Assembly (NCBI GenBank): GCA_040954595.2
Contig: CM082577.2
Coordinates: forward strand, 10,770,537-10,834,536
From: Balanoglossus misakiensis
Lineage: Eukaryota > Animalia > Hemichordata
Reading direction: 5' to 3'
Length of the DNA: 64,000 nt
The notes under the pieces are model-generated. The model did no database searches. It saw nothing but the letters and a program-made list of their open reading frames with translations, and was not told the DNA's origin. Shown one piece after another: positions 1 through 13,200 of the stretch; within the stretch, counting starts at the first letter, position 1; each line of letters begins with the position of its first letter. The translations under genes were made by a program, and so were the position numbers.

Positions 1-1257
1 TTAATTATCGAGCTCAGAATCCCCTAAAACTACATATTTTCTGAAAACTTATACCGGTATATAGGATACATTTTGGTTACTTCAGTGTTGACCACTGTTT
101 ACACAACTATCACGTGACGAGCAATTTAAATTACCTTCCAAAAACCAGTTTTCTTGATGTTTTGTGGTAACGCTTTGAGATATCTGGCTCAAATTTGCAT
201 GAATGCAAGCTGTCGTAACAATATACGAAGTATGTCTCGGATTTAAAAAAAATGAAATAGCTCATTTATTATGCTGTAAAAACTTCTGATAGACTAGGGT
301 TTATTCAATAGTTCAATTTTAATCTTTGAAGTAGTGAGCTTTTCTGGAGTTTATCTTATTGCCATGTTCTGCTGTGATTTAAAAAAAATGCAGTGTGTTG
401 TTCTGAGTTGTAAATATCCCAGTGTCCTGATACAAAAACCTCATAAAATCTGACAGCATTAAAAATGTAGGTTTCTGTCATGAACCAAGCTATCAATCAA
501 AATACTTTTTAAAAAAATCTTGTTTACATCAGCTTGGTACATAAATCATTTACTTTGAATTCTCAGTAATCAAAGCGCTGGATAAATCTATGATAAATAA
601 TAGATCCTTCAGTTCTTTGGAAGGCTTATGCAAGAAACAGGAAGAGGAAGTGAAATATCACAAACAGATATTTGGCATGGCCTTCGGGAATGACAGAAAA
701 TGCAATTCTAGGATTTCCTTTGTTTGTTTTTCCTGTTTTACCTTCCTTTCAAGTATGGGTTTACTTTGTACAAATGCACGTTTTTGGTTTATTACTATCA
801 GAACTGAGTTCTGATAGCAATAAACCAAATTTCAACTTCTGAAAATATCTTCTTAATATATTCTTAAAATATTCATGCATTGCTAGAATTACTGTAAAAC
901 ATGTCGTTTTAGCTAGCATGTTTTTTTTAGCTTAAATTTGGTAAATTAAGGTGCTGCTTATTGAAACTTTTCTCTATATTTACCATGGTTAAGCTTTCTT
1001 TATAGCTAAATTACAAACCCACTAAATGAACTGAAAATCTAAATTTGCTAAAAGGAGCATGCAGCTAATTCAAAGTGTTTTACAGTGTAGTAATTTCAAT
1101 TAAATATTACGAACTCATATTTGTTGACATAATTCAAGTATACAAACATATTAATGTATTATCTGGAACATTCTGGAACAACTAAAAGAGTTCAGTAATC
1201 TGTGTCAAGTACAACTTCAAGTGATGTCTGTGCACAAATTATTTATGAGAGACTCAC

Positions 1258-4200
1258 CATTGTCCAACACCACATCAAAAGGTCTGTCGTATTGTTGAAG
1301 ATACATTTGTGGGGATAACAATTCCATGGATTGTAACAGATAGCCAATCAGATCTAAAATAAAATACACACACAGAGAAAATATCAGTATGTACATGTAC
1401 TGTATGTCAAATACGGCAGAGTTTTGTCATCGCTATACGCCTTTTCATTTAGAGGGTGCCCTTCTAAGATAACACAAAAATGAGGCCAGTAAGCCACAAG
1501 TTGAGAAATACATTCGACAGCTACATTTTAGTGTATAAAAGCATTTTTTACACGCAAATTTTATCATATATACAACAAACCAGATGAGCTCAAACAGTAC
1601 CCAGTGGCTTACTGGCCTCTTTTTCGCATCGTCTGCCTGGAGATAACGCCATGTTTTGGATGGGCGCCCTCTTTATGAAAAGGATTATAGGCATGTAAGT
1701 TCTCAATATGATTAAAATCAGATGTAGGGAACGGCGACTTGTTTTTTTTATGAGGCGACAGCATATAAAAACCAAGTCGCCGTTCCCTACATCTGATTTT
1801 AATGAGGCGACAGCATAAAAAAACCAAGTCGCCGTTCCCTACATCTGATTTTAATCAGATTGGTAAATTCTAAGGCACTTCTGGGTACAAAAACCACAAA
1901 TACTCAGAACTCTTGCAATAAAGCTTACTTCAATAGTGTGAAGTATACGTCTCAGTCATAAGGAACCCACATTGAGAGAAGTTCATGATCACAAATACTC
2001 TTGGCTATGGGAGTGCATGCAAAGGAAAAATATGCAGAAGTAAAATAGTCACTAACCTTGCGGTATCAACAACTCCGGTACTTTGTCGTGTAAGGTGTCC
2101 ATGACAGTTTTCAGGCTAGTCTGCAAAGATATTAAGACATCAAAACTTGCAACTCTTGGATGCATTTTGTGTCCTTTCTGACCCACATAAACTTTCACAT
2201 AAATACACCGAGTCACCCTAAAATGCAAACTGCGACTACATGCACACTTGAATTGACTGCAGTAGGAATAAAATCCAGCCATACACAAAATACAGACCGC
2301 ACACTTGTATTCTTTATTGTGTATTTAGCCATGAGGTTTTCCTTGTATCCTGCTATCATATGAGGATGGTACATGTACCACTCCAGAGAACATTGCAGCT
2401 ACAGTAGAAGTGTCTGATTTTTTTTTCTGGAGTAGGCTTAACACAGTGCAATACTACCACATAATGATACGTGTAGAGCACAGCAAGACGTCTAACAAGT
2501 GCTCCTGCTCTCAAAACACACACTGACATCAGACATCTGGTCTCTACACTTATAGTCTAGAATCCAGACGAAGACCAAAACGCTAAGACTGTGTGTGGAG
2601 CATAGCGAAAAAACACACAAGTCTGGATTCTAGACTTCTATACCAACCACTGTAATGGTTGTACGTGACTAACCTTGGTCTGTTTCGCCAAGAACGCGCC
2701 TAGTTTCAACAGTTGGGTCAATGACTCGGAAACCTAGAGAATAAAGTGGTATAATGATGACACATGACGATTTTTCAAGAACCTGTATGTCGAATATTCT
2801 CTCTTCTTCTCTGAGTAGATTTTGACATTCATATCAATGGACACACAATCAGTACGGTTTTACAAAGAAGTGAATCTAAGTATGCACTTATTTTTCGTTT
2901 TGTCCCCCAAAATTTGGCTAAATTTTTCACAGATTTACTTTCTCCCAAGAATTTAGCTGAATTTTTCTCAGACTTAATTTTTTCCCCAAAATTTCAGCTT
3001 AATTTTACACGGATCACACACTTTTGGAAAGGTGTGGGGCAAATTATTGTGTTACAAACAAAAATCTTATGTCACATTCATAAACCTGTAATTATTATTT
3101 CTTCACCAGTAATAAATGTAATAAATAATAAATGTTTTCAAATAGGGAAAGTATTATTTTCGGACTGTGGAATTCTGAAATTAGTTCGGAACGAGTTACA
3201 TATGCATGGCAAAAGTATTTCTGAAGGGATATATTATGAAACTTGTGAATACAACATTTACTAGTCGATGGATTTCTATAACACATTGAATGAACCCTGG
3301 CATTATTTGATGAGGAGAGCAACTTACTAGATTTTCAATGCTTTCATTTGTCTCATACAATTCCAACCGGGATGCTGGTAAATTAAGAACACGTGCATTC
3401 CACTGGTTGAAAAGTCTGGTCGGGACGTTTCCTGATAAAACTAGAATCTTGGAATTGGTGATCATGGCATCTTTGGTCTGTTCCATCTCTTGTAAATCAC
3501 GAATGAGGGCCATCAAGACTTCTTGGGATGACTGTCAAAATAAAAAAAGAATGTAATGAGCATTATTAAAATATTACTAAAAAGAGTGATCGGGTATAAA
3601 GGATATTATGCATGCTGTGAAAGGGACTCAGTCAATTCCAATGCTACTTGAGAAACCAAAAACTTGATTTTTTCTCAAAAATTCATCTTTTAAATTTTCA
3701 GTACCAATGGGGATACTTTCGGATTGGCTTCCATCATGAAGGCATCAATGATAGTCCAGTGGTTAGAGCAGTGGACTGATGATCGACAAATTGCTTCAAA
3801 GTCAATAATATGACTTTATTCTTTTTTCATGTACTATGAATTCTACTTCCAGTCTACTTTTCTACAAATTGGGTGAGGTATCTAACTGTGAAAGGCTATC
3901 CGTTAATAAATATCAATTTCACTCTTTTCGGTCGTATAACGGTATCTACAGACATTTGGATAACCGAGACTTTGTGTAAGTAATTGCAGTATCAATTTAT
4001 AAGTTCTGGTATGTACACATTCCCTTTTCAATAATGGATGGCCCAGAGAGAAGTTTTTGAAGTTTTTGATTAATCTCTAGTTGATGCGAGGAAACACCAG
4101 ATGCTCATCGGATGGCGTTCTGCTGAGATAAAAACTATGTATCATAGCAACAGAGCGTACTCCACTCCTAACATCTGCACTAAGAGGATTCAGCTAACAT

Positions 4201-7200
4201 GTTAGGGTATTGTCATTTGGTGGTTTCTGTCGCTGATGAAAACATAAGTTTTGAATACTTAGTTAGAAGACCCCCTGTAGTCAGAGTATCATGAGTAGAA
4301 TGTACACAGGATGTCTCTTAAAGGGACAAAGTCTCTCTCTCGCTGCCCCTTTTTCATTATGTTTGATACAAGACACTGTTTATGTTAATGTACATGTGTA
4401 TATGTAGTGGATGAGTGTTCAACCACATACAACTTCCATCTCACTTGTATGATATAAGAATAAAAACTCGCCCAAAATGAATAAATGGTTATAAAGACCG
4501 ATTATTCATTTCATTCAATTAATTTGTACATGACTGCCTATAACACAGTGACAGAGCTCAGATCTCATGCTGTAGTACACTAACTAAAAAAAAATAATGC
4601 CCAGATTTTGAAGCCAAATTTGCAGTAGAGTATTTTGGTAATTTGACCCAACTTTTTCTGATTTTGAGGTGTAATGCTTCACCCATTGAATCAAAATCTT
4701 TATTTGCAGGTTTAATCTTCAAAAGTGGATTTTCAGATGTAAATGAAACATCTTCCTGTTGTTTGCTTGAATAGACTCCCATGATACCTTCTCCCTTTGT
4801 GTCACACACAGACTTTTGTGTAGGCGTACTTTACGACTTTGTCCTTAAACTAGATCACATCCAAAGATGCCAGCCATGTAAATGAGTGATGTTGCTCAAG
4901 TAAATCATCTCTACCCACTTTCTCCAATTTTTTTTCACAACATTTGGACAAGATTAAGCCGTTCTTTTTATGTTTAGTGTTAAGGACCTTCTTACCTACA
5001 TCGAAAACAAGTTAAACCATGATTATAATGCTTAGAAGTCCAATGTCCCTTCATTATATATTTTGGCAGGAACAGAATTTACACATCACTCAGCTCGTGC
5101 CAATCATATCGTACAGTAATTCATAATAATTCAGCGATGCGGACAGTTGCAAGTTTAGCAAACGAAAAGTCAGTATACACTGTTACAGTATACAATTTTC
5201 CTAATATATGTATATTGTTCTAATAGTAATACAGGCCCTTATGAGGGCAGTCAATACATCTCACTCACTCACTCGAAAGTATTTTTGAATATTGACTGCG
5301 GGGGCGCTGTCGCACGGGGGAGCTCTGAATGCTCAAACTTGGCGTAGTTTCATTTTCATTTGCACAACATTTGAGTATGGTGTCCTAGTGAGTGTATGTC
5401 CACCAATCATAATGCTTATAAAGAAGGCATCTAAGTAGCACAAGTTTCCAGTTTATCGTTTGATGAGAACAAAACATAACATCAGATGAAATGAAATGAT
5501 ACCGGGTTGGCAGACACATGTCTTCAAGTTTCTCTTAAATTGACATTTGTATAATCCTACACCATTACAGTGAAATCTAATAAAGGATGTATAATTAAAA
5601 CATTTTTTCTTCTTATTTTTTTTTTCTTTGAGAATACTTACCTCTACAAGATGGACATAGTAACTGGGATATACCAGCAGCATTCCGGTGACCCCTTCAC
5701 CTTGGTGTTGGTTCTGCCATTGTTTGAACTGCTTCTCGTAGTAATCTGGCAAGAGAACAGAATCACGATCAGAGTTTCTGGCGTATGCCATGTTGTACTG
5801 TGTGGGTAACTTCACCAGAGTCACCAGTGAGTTTGTTGAGTCAGTGGTGCGTCACATGGGCTTAGAGGGCGCACTGTCCAGCAGTTCATCACTTTACAGT
5901 AACACAGTTCATTGTTGTTGAATTCGGGTTCACATGCATGGGGACATACATTATCATTAGGTCATATTGATCTCAGCATAACAGTCATGAGAACACACTG
6001 CATGATTCATCGCGTTTAGCATGGCATAAATCACTCTAACCATAAATCATAATACTGAAAAAAAGGAGATTTAACTTCATAGTCACCACAGAGAAGAATA
6101 ATGCCAGGAACTTGGAAGAAAAGATACAAAATAGCAAATATCTGTACAATATCTTTCACTACTTACTTCCCAGATCTCTCTTATCATTCAACTCCGGAAC
6201 AAGCTTGGCAATGTATACTAGTCTGTGCAGTAATGCTTTCTGCAACGAGAACAGAGATCGTGTCAAAAACAAATGTGGAGAGTCTATATTCTTATTTTCG
6301 TGTGTACACAAAATAGAGTGAATTATTAAAAACAATCTGTGGCAGTTGAATGTGGTGCATGGTTCCAGCACACCCAAAAGATTAATTTTTAATGCCATTT
6401 CACTAACTACATGTACATGTATTCATGCAAATGAACACATTATCAAACTATGCACCTGTATTGTAATGTACAGATTTCCCAGCATTAACATGAGGCTCTA
6501 CAAGGGTCAGAAATTAATTTATATTTCACTATTAATCTTGCTGTTTAACACACATGCAAAACAGTGGTTGCACACTAACTCCCTGTTTCACTTTATTGCA
6601 ACATGCAAGTTTTGTGACTTTGCCCGTCATGCATGCTAATATTTTGAGATGCAGGCTGGGAGACATTTCTTTGACCAGTACAATGATCATATTTGAAGTC
6701 ATTTAACTTTTTAAACATAAGACATTGTAAAATCACTAGGTTTTCTGTGTTTTTGTAATGTATATTTGCCTGTTTTATCAATGTAATATCCCAGTGTAAT
6801 ATACACAGAAAATAGTCACTGCCAATTTGATAATTTGAATACAGGTAATATTTTTGTTCATTTAAAACGACAGGCCAAATTCACACATACACGTATTCAT
6901 AGAAAGATTCATCACCTTAAATTTAATTTTCATAGAGGCCAATCAATCATATAGAAGGATGTTATTGAACAAGTACGGTAAATGCTCTTGGATATTACAT
7001 TACACATGGATTAAATCCCCAATTTGTTCCACATTGTTATGTGTACTGCTGTTGCTATGGTAACAGACAGCATACTTTGGCTCACTGTACGTCCCACTTA
7101 AGTGGGCCAATTGAGTGGTAGGTCAAAGGTCGCTTTCCACAGAGCTTACAAAGTCCTTCAGTGGAATTGGTGAGCTGATAAAATGAAGCAGAGTGAAACA

Positions 7201-10200
7201 GGAAATTTACAGCCATTTCAGTCGATATGTCATCAAACAGATGTAGGCTGTAGCTGTAGATACCATTGCTATGGAACTAAAAATAAACCTCTCAAACAGG
7301 ATTTCTAGAACAACATCACGATAAAGATTACGGCCACACAGAATTCAAAAGTTGTTACTCAGAATCACTGTTGATTCCTTTTTAATGCAATTTTGCTAAT
7401 TCTTTCACTTGAAAATGCATGTTCCTTTCCTATGGTGGCCGTTTGATCTCTTACTTTCACAGAGGCACTATACACTGTAGTTCTTTCTTGTCGTTTCAGT
7501 ATCAATCAATTGGATACAGTCTGAGTATATCCAATTGATTGTACAATAAGGTTGTATAGCTGCATATTTCCACATTTTTACAGGAGAGCCAAAATCTGAT
7601 GTAAATATTAAATGGGGAAGTTCCTCAATTGAGAAATGTTGTCTTTTAGGTTTTTTGGCACTGCTGTAAATAATTAGATATAAATTATACGTCAAACAGT
7701 ATTTCCCTCTTCTCAGCTACAACAACTGAAGAATACAGTTAGTTTAGCCACTAATCCACATTGATGAAGATAGACAACATGCATAGTTGTCACTACACAG
7801 TTATTTCTGTAACCGTGTGTGTATCCCAGTCAAACCAAAGGGATACAGCACACCTGTACAAGGCTAAGCATCTGAACAGAACCTTAACATGCTTAAAGTC
7901 AAAATACTTCATAACCAACATCATCTGTTGCCTTTACCTGACCAGGATACGAGTTTTTAATATTTTACGCAGTTTGACATTAAAAGGAACATGTTTCAGA
8001 ATAACACTGTAGAACAAGTCCAGGATTACACATTTGATAAATGTCACATTGTTGACCTTTGACCTGACCTGACCTTCACTCTTGTAATTATTTGCTGTTA
8101 CAAGAGATCTCCTAGTTTCTGTTGCTGTCTCCCTATCATACCAATCTATTATACCTATGTGACTTTGAAGGAACAAAGTATTTCACAGTTTGTATTTTGA
8201 TTTTTAATAAGTTAAAATAACATACTTTGCATGAAATTTTGAAAATATCTATTACAAGTATCTTCTAAAGTCTGTGTGCAAAAGGACGTAAAACATCAAA
8301 ATAAATTACTCTGGTCTCACTGCAAACTTATTAATGTATGAAACATTCCCGACTAAATATTTAAAACTGATTATTATTGATTATGCAAAGTTTTGCTAGT
8401 AATGAAGTATTGATCATGGAATGGCATATATTATTACACAAATGCATCAAGGATGTGGACATATATGTAGGCAGAAATAACATGCATCTGAAATATGAAC
8501 ACCAAAGTCGAAAAAAAAGACAAACTCTGAATTATGTCTGAATGGATGTCCAATCGTTTTACACTCAGCACAAACCAGTTTTAAATGTCAAAACAAAATT
8601 TTGTAGGTTTTAAATTCAAAATAATTTTTATGGAATAATGTTTACATGTATTTATTACCTTTTTAATGTAATGAATTTGTCGGTAAATGTGGCACCACTG
8701 ATGCAAATGTATAAGACTGCTTTTCACCGAAAAAAATATTCATCAAGTTGCCAGAACTGTTTCCACAAAAGTTTCAGAGAAATGAGGTCAGTTGTGATCC
8801 AAGAAATGAGCCCTTTCACCCCAGTTCCCTCTATAGTGGTCCAACCTTTCCATAGAAAACAATGGATTTGGACTGATCCATGGTGGTGAAAGGGTAAAAC
8901 CAATAAGACTTTTTTCCATAAAAGAACTATTTAGCTAGTACCATGACCCTTATGGTGGTATACACGTGTACATTCGTATGCAACACAATGTTTATTTCAC
9001 GAGTTAGTTTCTGTTACGAGAATTTCTGTGAAAACCTGTTTTTCAAAATAACAATTTACTGAAGGATGCAGCCATGCATGTCGTGTATAATGACTTTTCC
9101 CACTACAGTTTTGTTCACAAATGACTTGAAATTATTGAGTCACCAAACCACGAGTGAACCATGCACTTTATATTCTTAGCTGGCTAGCCACCATCAAAAT
9201 AATTTTTATATTGGGCTTCACTCCAGCAATAGATAACAAGATACACATCTGATTAAGGCTCCATTAGCTGTAACTTTTTGCTACTTTTTAGTATTTTTGT
9301 TTTGTGAATCTACTGCAGTTTCTTGTTCGAATTCCTGAAACATGACGAAATGCCCAGCGTTTAGCTTGTCAACACAACATATATGTGTATAGACTGCACT
9401 GTTACTGTGTAAAATTTGAATTCAAGTCCGGCCTAGAATTCATTTGTCAACAATAACAATGGCCATAACACACATACAGGTTACCTTGACAAGCAGAGTA
9501 CTGGGTATACTTGCATGCTGTTTGGAGTAGAACAAGCAGTGTCTGTGTGTTGGATCTTGACAGTGATACTGTGAAATCCATAACACAGAAATTAAAAAAA
9601 TATGATGCCGAAAAATAAATATGAGAGAAAGGGTGATGATGATGCGGTGGTAAAGTTGTGAGAAGCCACCAACAACTACCGGGGCTAATTACTTTGCCAC
9701 TCTATCGTTTCATTCTCTTATCAATCCCACTGCTGACTTTGAATATTTTTCCTGTAGACATTTTCGTACTTTTGAGCTTTAACCCCTATCACTGATTATT
9801 TACGACGAAACATTAACAATACTACATTAGTGTAAAAATGCTTTATTGATAAGATTATTTCTAACACTATCAAAATGATGTCATTCAGAGGGCAAACTCT
9901 GCTCTTTTTATCACATTCCAGGAGTGTAGATAAAAATTAAAAGCCAGAAGCTAGCAAAACACAACTATATAGTCTATACTTTGCCTTTAATTTTATAATA
10001 TAAACAACTAATTTTCCCCAAAGAGAGAACAATTCTCCATAACCTCTCAACTCCACTTCTCTGCTACTGCAAGAATTCTACCTTCCACCTTTGCGTGTAC
10101 TACATGTACCTCTGTCTGAGCTCTAGCAACAAATTTACCTCATACCGAGTGTCTGACAAATTCACCACAATGATACACACCATAGACCCTAGAGACTCTA

Positions 10201-13200
10201 GGGTCTATGTACACACTGACACAAAAAAACCCAATCAATTTTGTACAAATACACATTGGTGGGGAGATATCTGTACTGGAAGTACATGTATCATTGCATT
10301 AATTTAAAATCCCAGACAATGACAGTGTGCCCTCTAAGCCCATATGACGCGACCACTGACTCAACAAACTTACTGGTGACTCAAGAAAATTATCCACACT
10401 ACATGCAATACGGTATAGGGCTGCCTCAGAGAAATTTCTCGAAATCCTCAAATTCACTCAAAGCTTTTAAAAATTGTTTGCTAGAGGGCACACTTTATGT
10501 CACACCAACCACAAAAGTAAAGAGGGAATCTGATCTCATACGACTGAAGTGTTGGATCAGTCGCACAATTCTGTCCGACGCTGTTTTGTTCAATCAGACA
10601 CAGGCGGGGATCAACGCTTTTGTTCCCTGTGCTGTAAAGTCCGAACCAACTCATTATGTTTGATAACAGTTACTATCTTTCAATTAAGTCCGCTATTAAA
10701 TTAATGGTCTTCCGGGCTGATACGATAATTTTATGTATTAAAACATGAAAAGGAACTCAACAAAAGGTTAAACGGAGAAGAAATATTGACTTTGTAATGG
10801 ATATGTCTGTATCATCATGCAAATCCGAAAGCATTTTAAAAATTAAATTCTGATGCAGAATATTTCCAAGGTGCACCTACAGTGTGAGCGAAAAAAAAAT
10901 AGGGTCGTAATGTGATATATATTCCAATGAAATATTAAAATGTACCCGTTCTGGGTCCAAATGATGCACTTTCTTCAGAGCCAACTCCAACATGTTGTCT
11001 CCCGGCCAATCCAGCCCACTAATCGGTTTCCAGTTGGAGCGTTTTTTCTTGACTGGTTCATCGTTCGTGTCCGCATAATAATCTGCCATATTTTCTGTCG
11101 AGTCCTCAGCTTTTCTAGGGGAATGTCAGCCTCGTGGCCAGGTACGGGTACAGACCAGACACATCCACGCGCACAACTGGTGATAATCGCAGAGACACTG
11201 TGGTAGCCCCGCGTATAAACACAGCCCAAACACAACGGACCGGACCAGTGTGTACAGATCACAACAGGACTACGAGCCCGTGAATCAATTGAATGAAGTG
11301 CCTCTGACACCCACTGACACTCGGGCTCGGCTCTTTTCAATAATCAGCACCTCGGTTGCTAGGCAAACAACGGAGCAGTTCTCTCATTGGCTGGCCCCAG
11401 AAACAAAATAGTGACATCACCTTCACATGCAGCCTTGTGCTCTGAATCTGAATAAAGACAGCTGAAATACACCACTCCCCCATATGACAAAAAAAAAAAA
11501 ATCTTATTAGGTCTAAATAGCTCATTCAAACTGAATAATACGTTTCTGTGAGTACAAAGTGACTTAACAACAGAAGACGTGTACAAGTCCGCATTTCCAT
11601 CTAACAGTGAGTCAGATTGTATCTCCACATTCCCGACCATCAACTTCCAGTAATACTGCATATTTTATTTTAATCATACCGTCACGGTCCGGTAACCTGC
11701 ATACATTTAGGATGCAAATGAAGTCGTCATTTTCTTCTTGCACTCGCCATCCAGGTGTTTGGCCGCTTGTGATGTCGCGGCTGCGTGATCCTGAAAGGAC
11801 TGTTTTCTAATTCAATATTATGGCAACATGATCGGTCTGGGCCGTTCGTCGCACGGGATCCGACAACAAAGAAGGTAAGTGGGGATCTCTGGATTTTTCT
11901 GCTCCCGGCAAAATGCGAGTAGTCGTTGATCGCGTCAATTTGTGAAATAGAACAGAAAAAAATTCCTTCAGTCTGCTAGAAGTAGAACCTGACATTGTGT
12001 CTTAGGATTCAACTAAACAGGCCTGGAAACATCACAGTGTTTCAACACCACACACACACACACACAGATGAATACTGCATTAACCGTTGCAGGTGTGTTT
12101 TATTACTTCAGTCCATGGGAGATTATCGAGTCAGACCCGGCATTGTTTAGAGGAGGATTTCCGAAAGGGCCAATATGTCAATTTCAATTCAATAGAGCTT
12201 AGAGTTTTATCAACATCCAGGCGCACACGTCCTTTGTGGCAAAACTCTTCTTGATCTTGGCAGCAAAGGTATTCCGACGGTTTAACATTTTACTGCACAA
12301 CCAAAACATCGACAATTGTGGCCCACTTGTAATTCAGTGTTTTTCTATGTCCTTCATGCCACAACATTGACTGAGCTGGTTGACTGCTGCCTAGGCAACA
12401 TATCCCATACATATATGCTACATTAAAAAAAATATGTCATTGTCCAAAATAGTGAACTGAGAAAAAAAAATTCTTTGTTGGAGAATGACCTTGACTCATT
12501 TAACTCAATTGAATAGCAAGTTTTATGAAGCAGCATCATATACATGTAGACAGTGACTTTAATGTTTGTAAATTTAAATTTCAGTGCAATTGAAATGTAG
12601 GAACACACTTCATTGGTAATCTACATGCTGCAGATACTTTCATGATCTGAGTGTGGGTTCGCCTTCACCCAGGAGTACAATTTAGCTTGAAAACATGTTG
12701 CAAAAGGCTATTACTATTAACGCTACCAGCCGGGCATTTAATTGGATTTCTCCATACCTCACAAAGAGACTACTTCAGGGTAAAAAAGGCTTTCTTTTTT
12801 ACTCCCAATAAAGAATACAGCTACTCATGTTACATGGATAAAGGCAAATCATCGAAGAATTTTCCCAAGAGTTCAGCTCTTGCTGTCTAACGTGGTGTTA
12901 ATATCTTATCATATTTGATATTTTCACCATGCACCCTTTTTTGAATTCTACAAGCTGGAGAACATGATCTCAGCATGACTAAATAACTGTAAAAATGAAT
13001 TGTAGTGAACGGACAGCTATTGTTTTACCTGTAAATTTTTGTGAGAATTGAAAATCAAAATCAAAATCTTCAGCAAAGAGTGTGCCAATACAATTCACTT
13101 TATAACGCCTGAAAAAAAAAAAAAACATCTCCAGACTTGCCACACCACTGTAATGTTCTTTCTATTCTTCTTTATGAACAGTTATGTGACCACGGAACAG

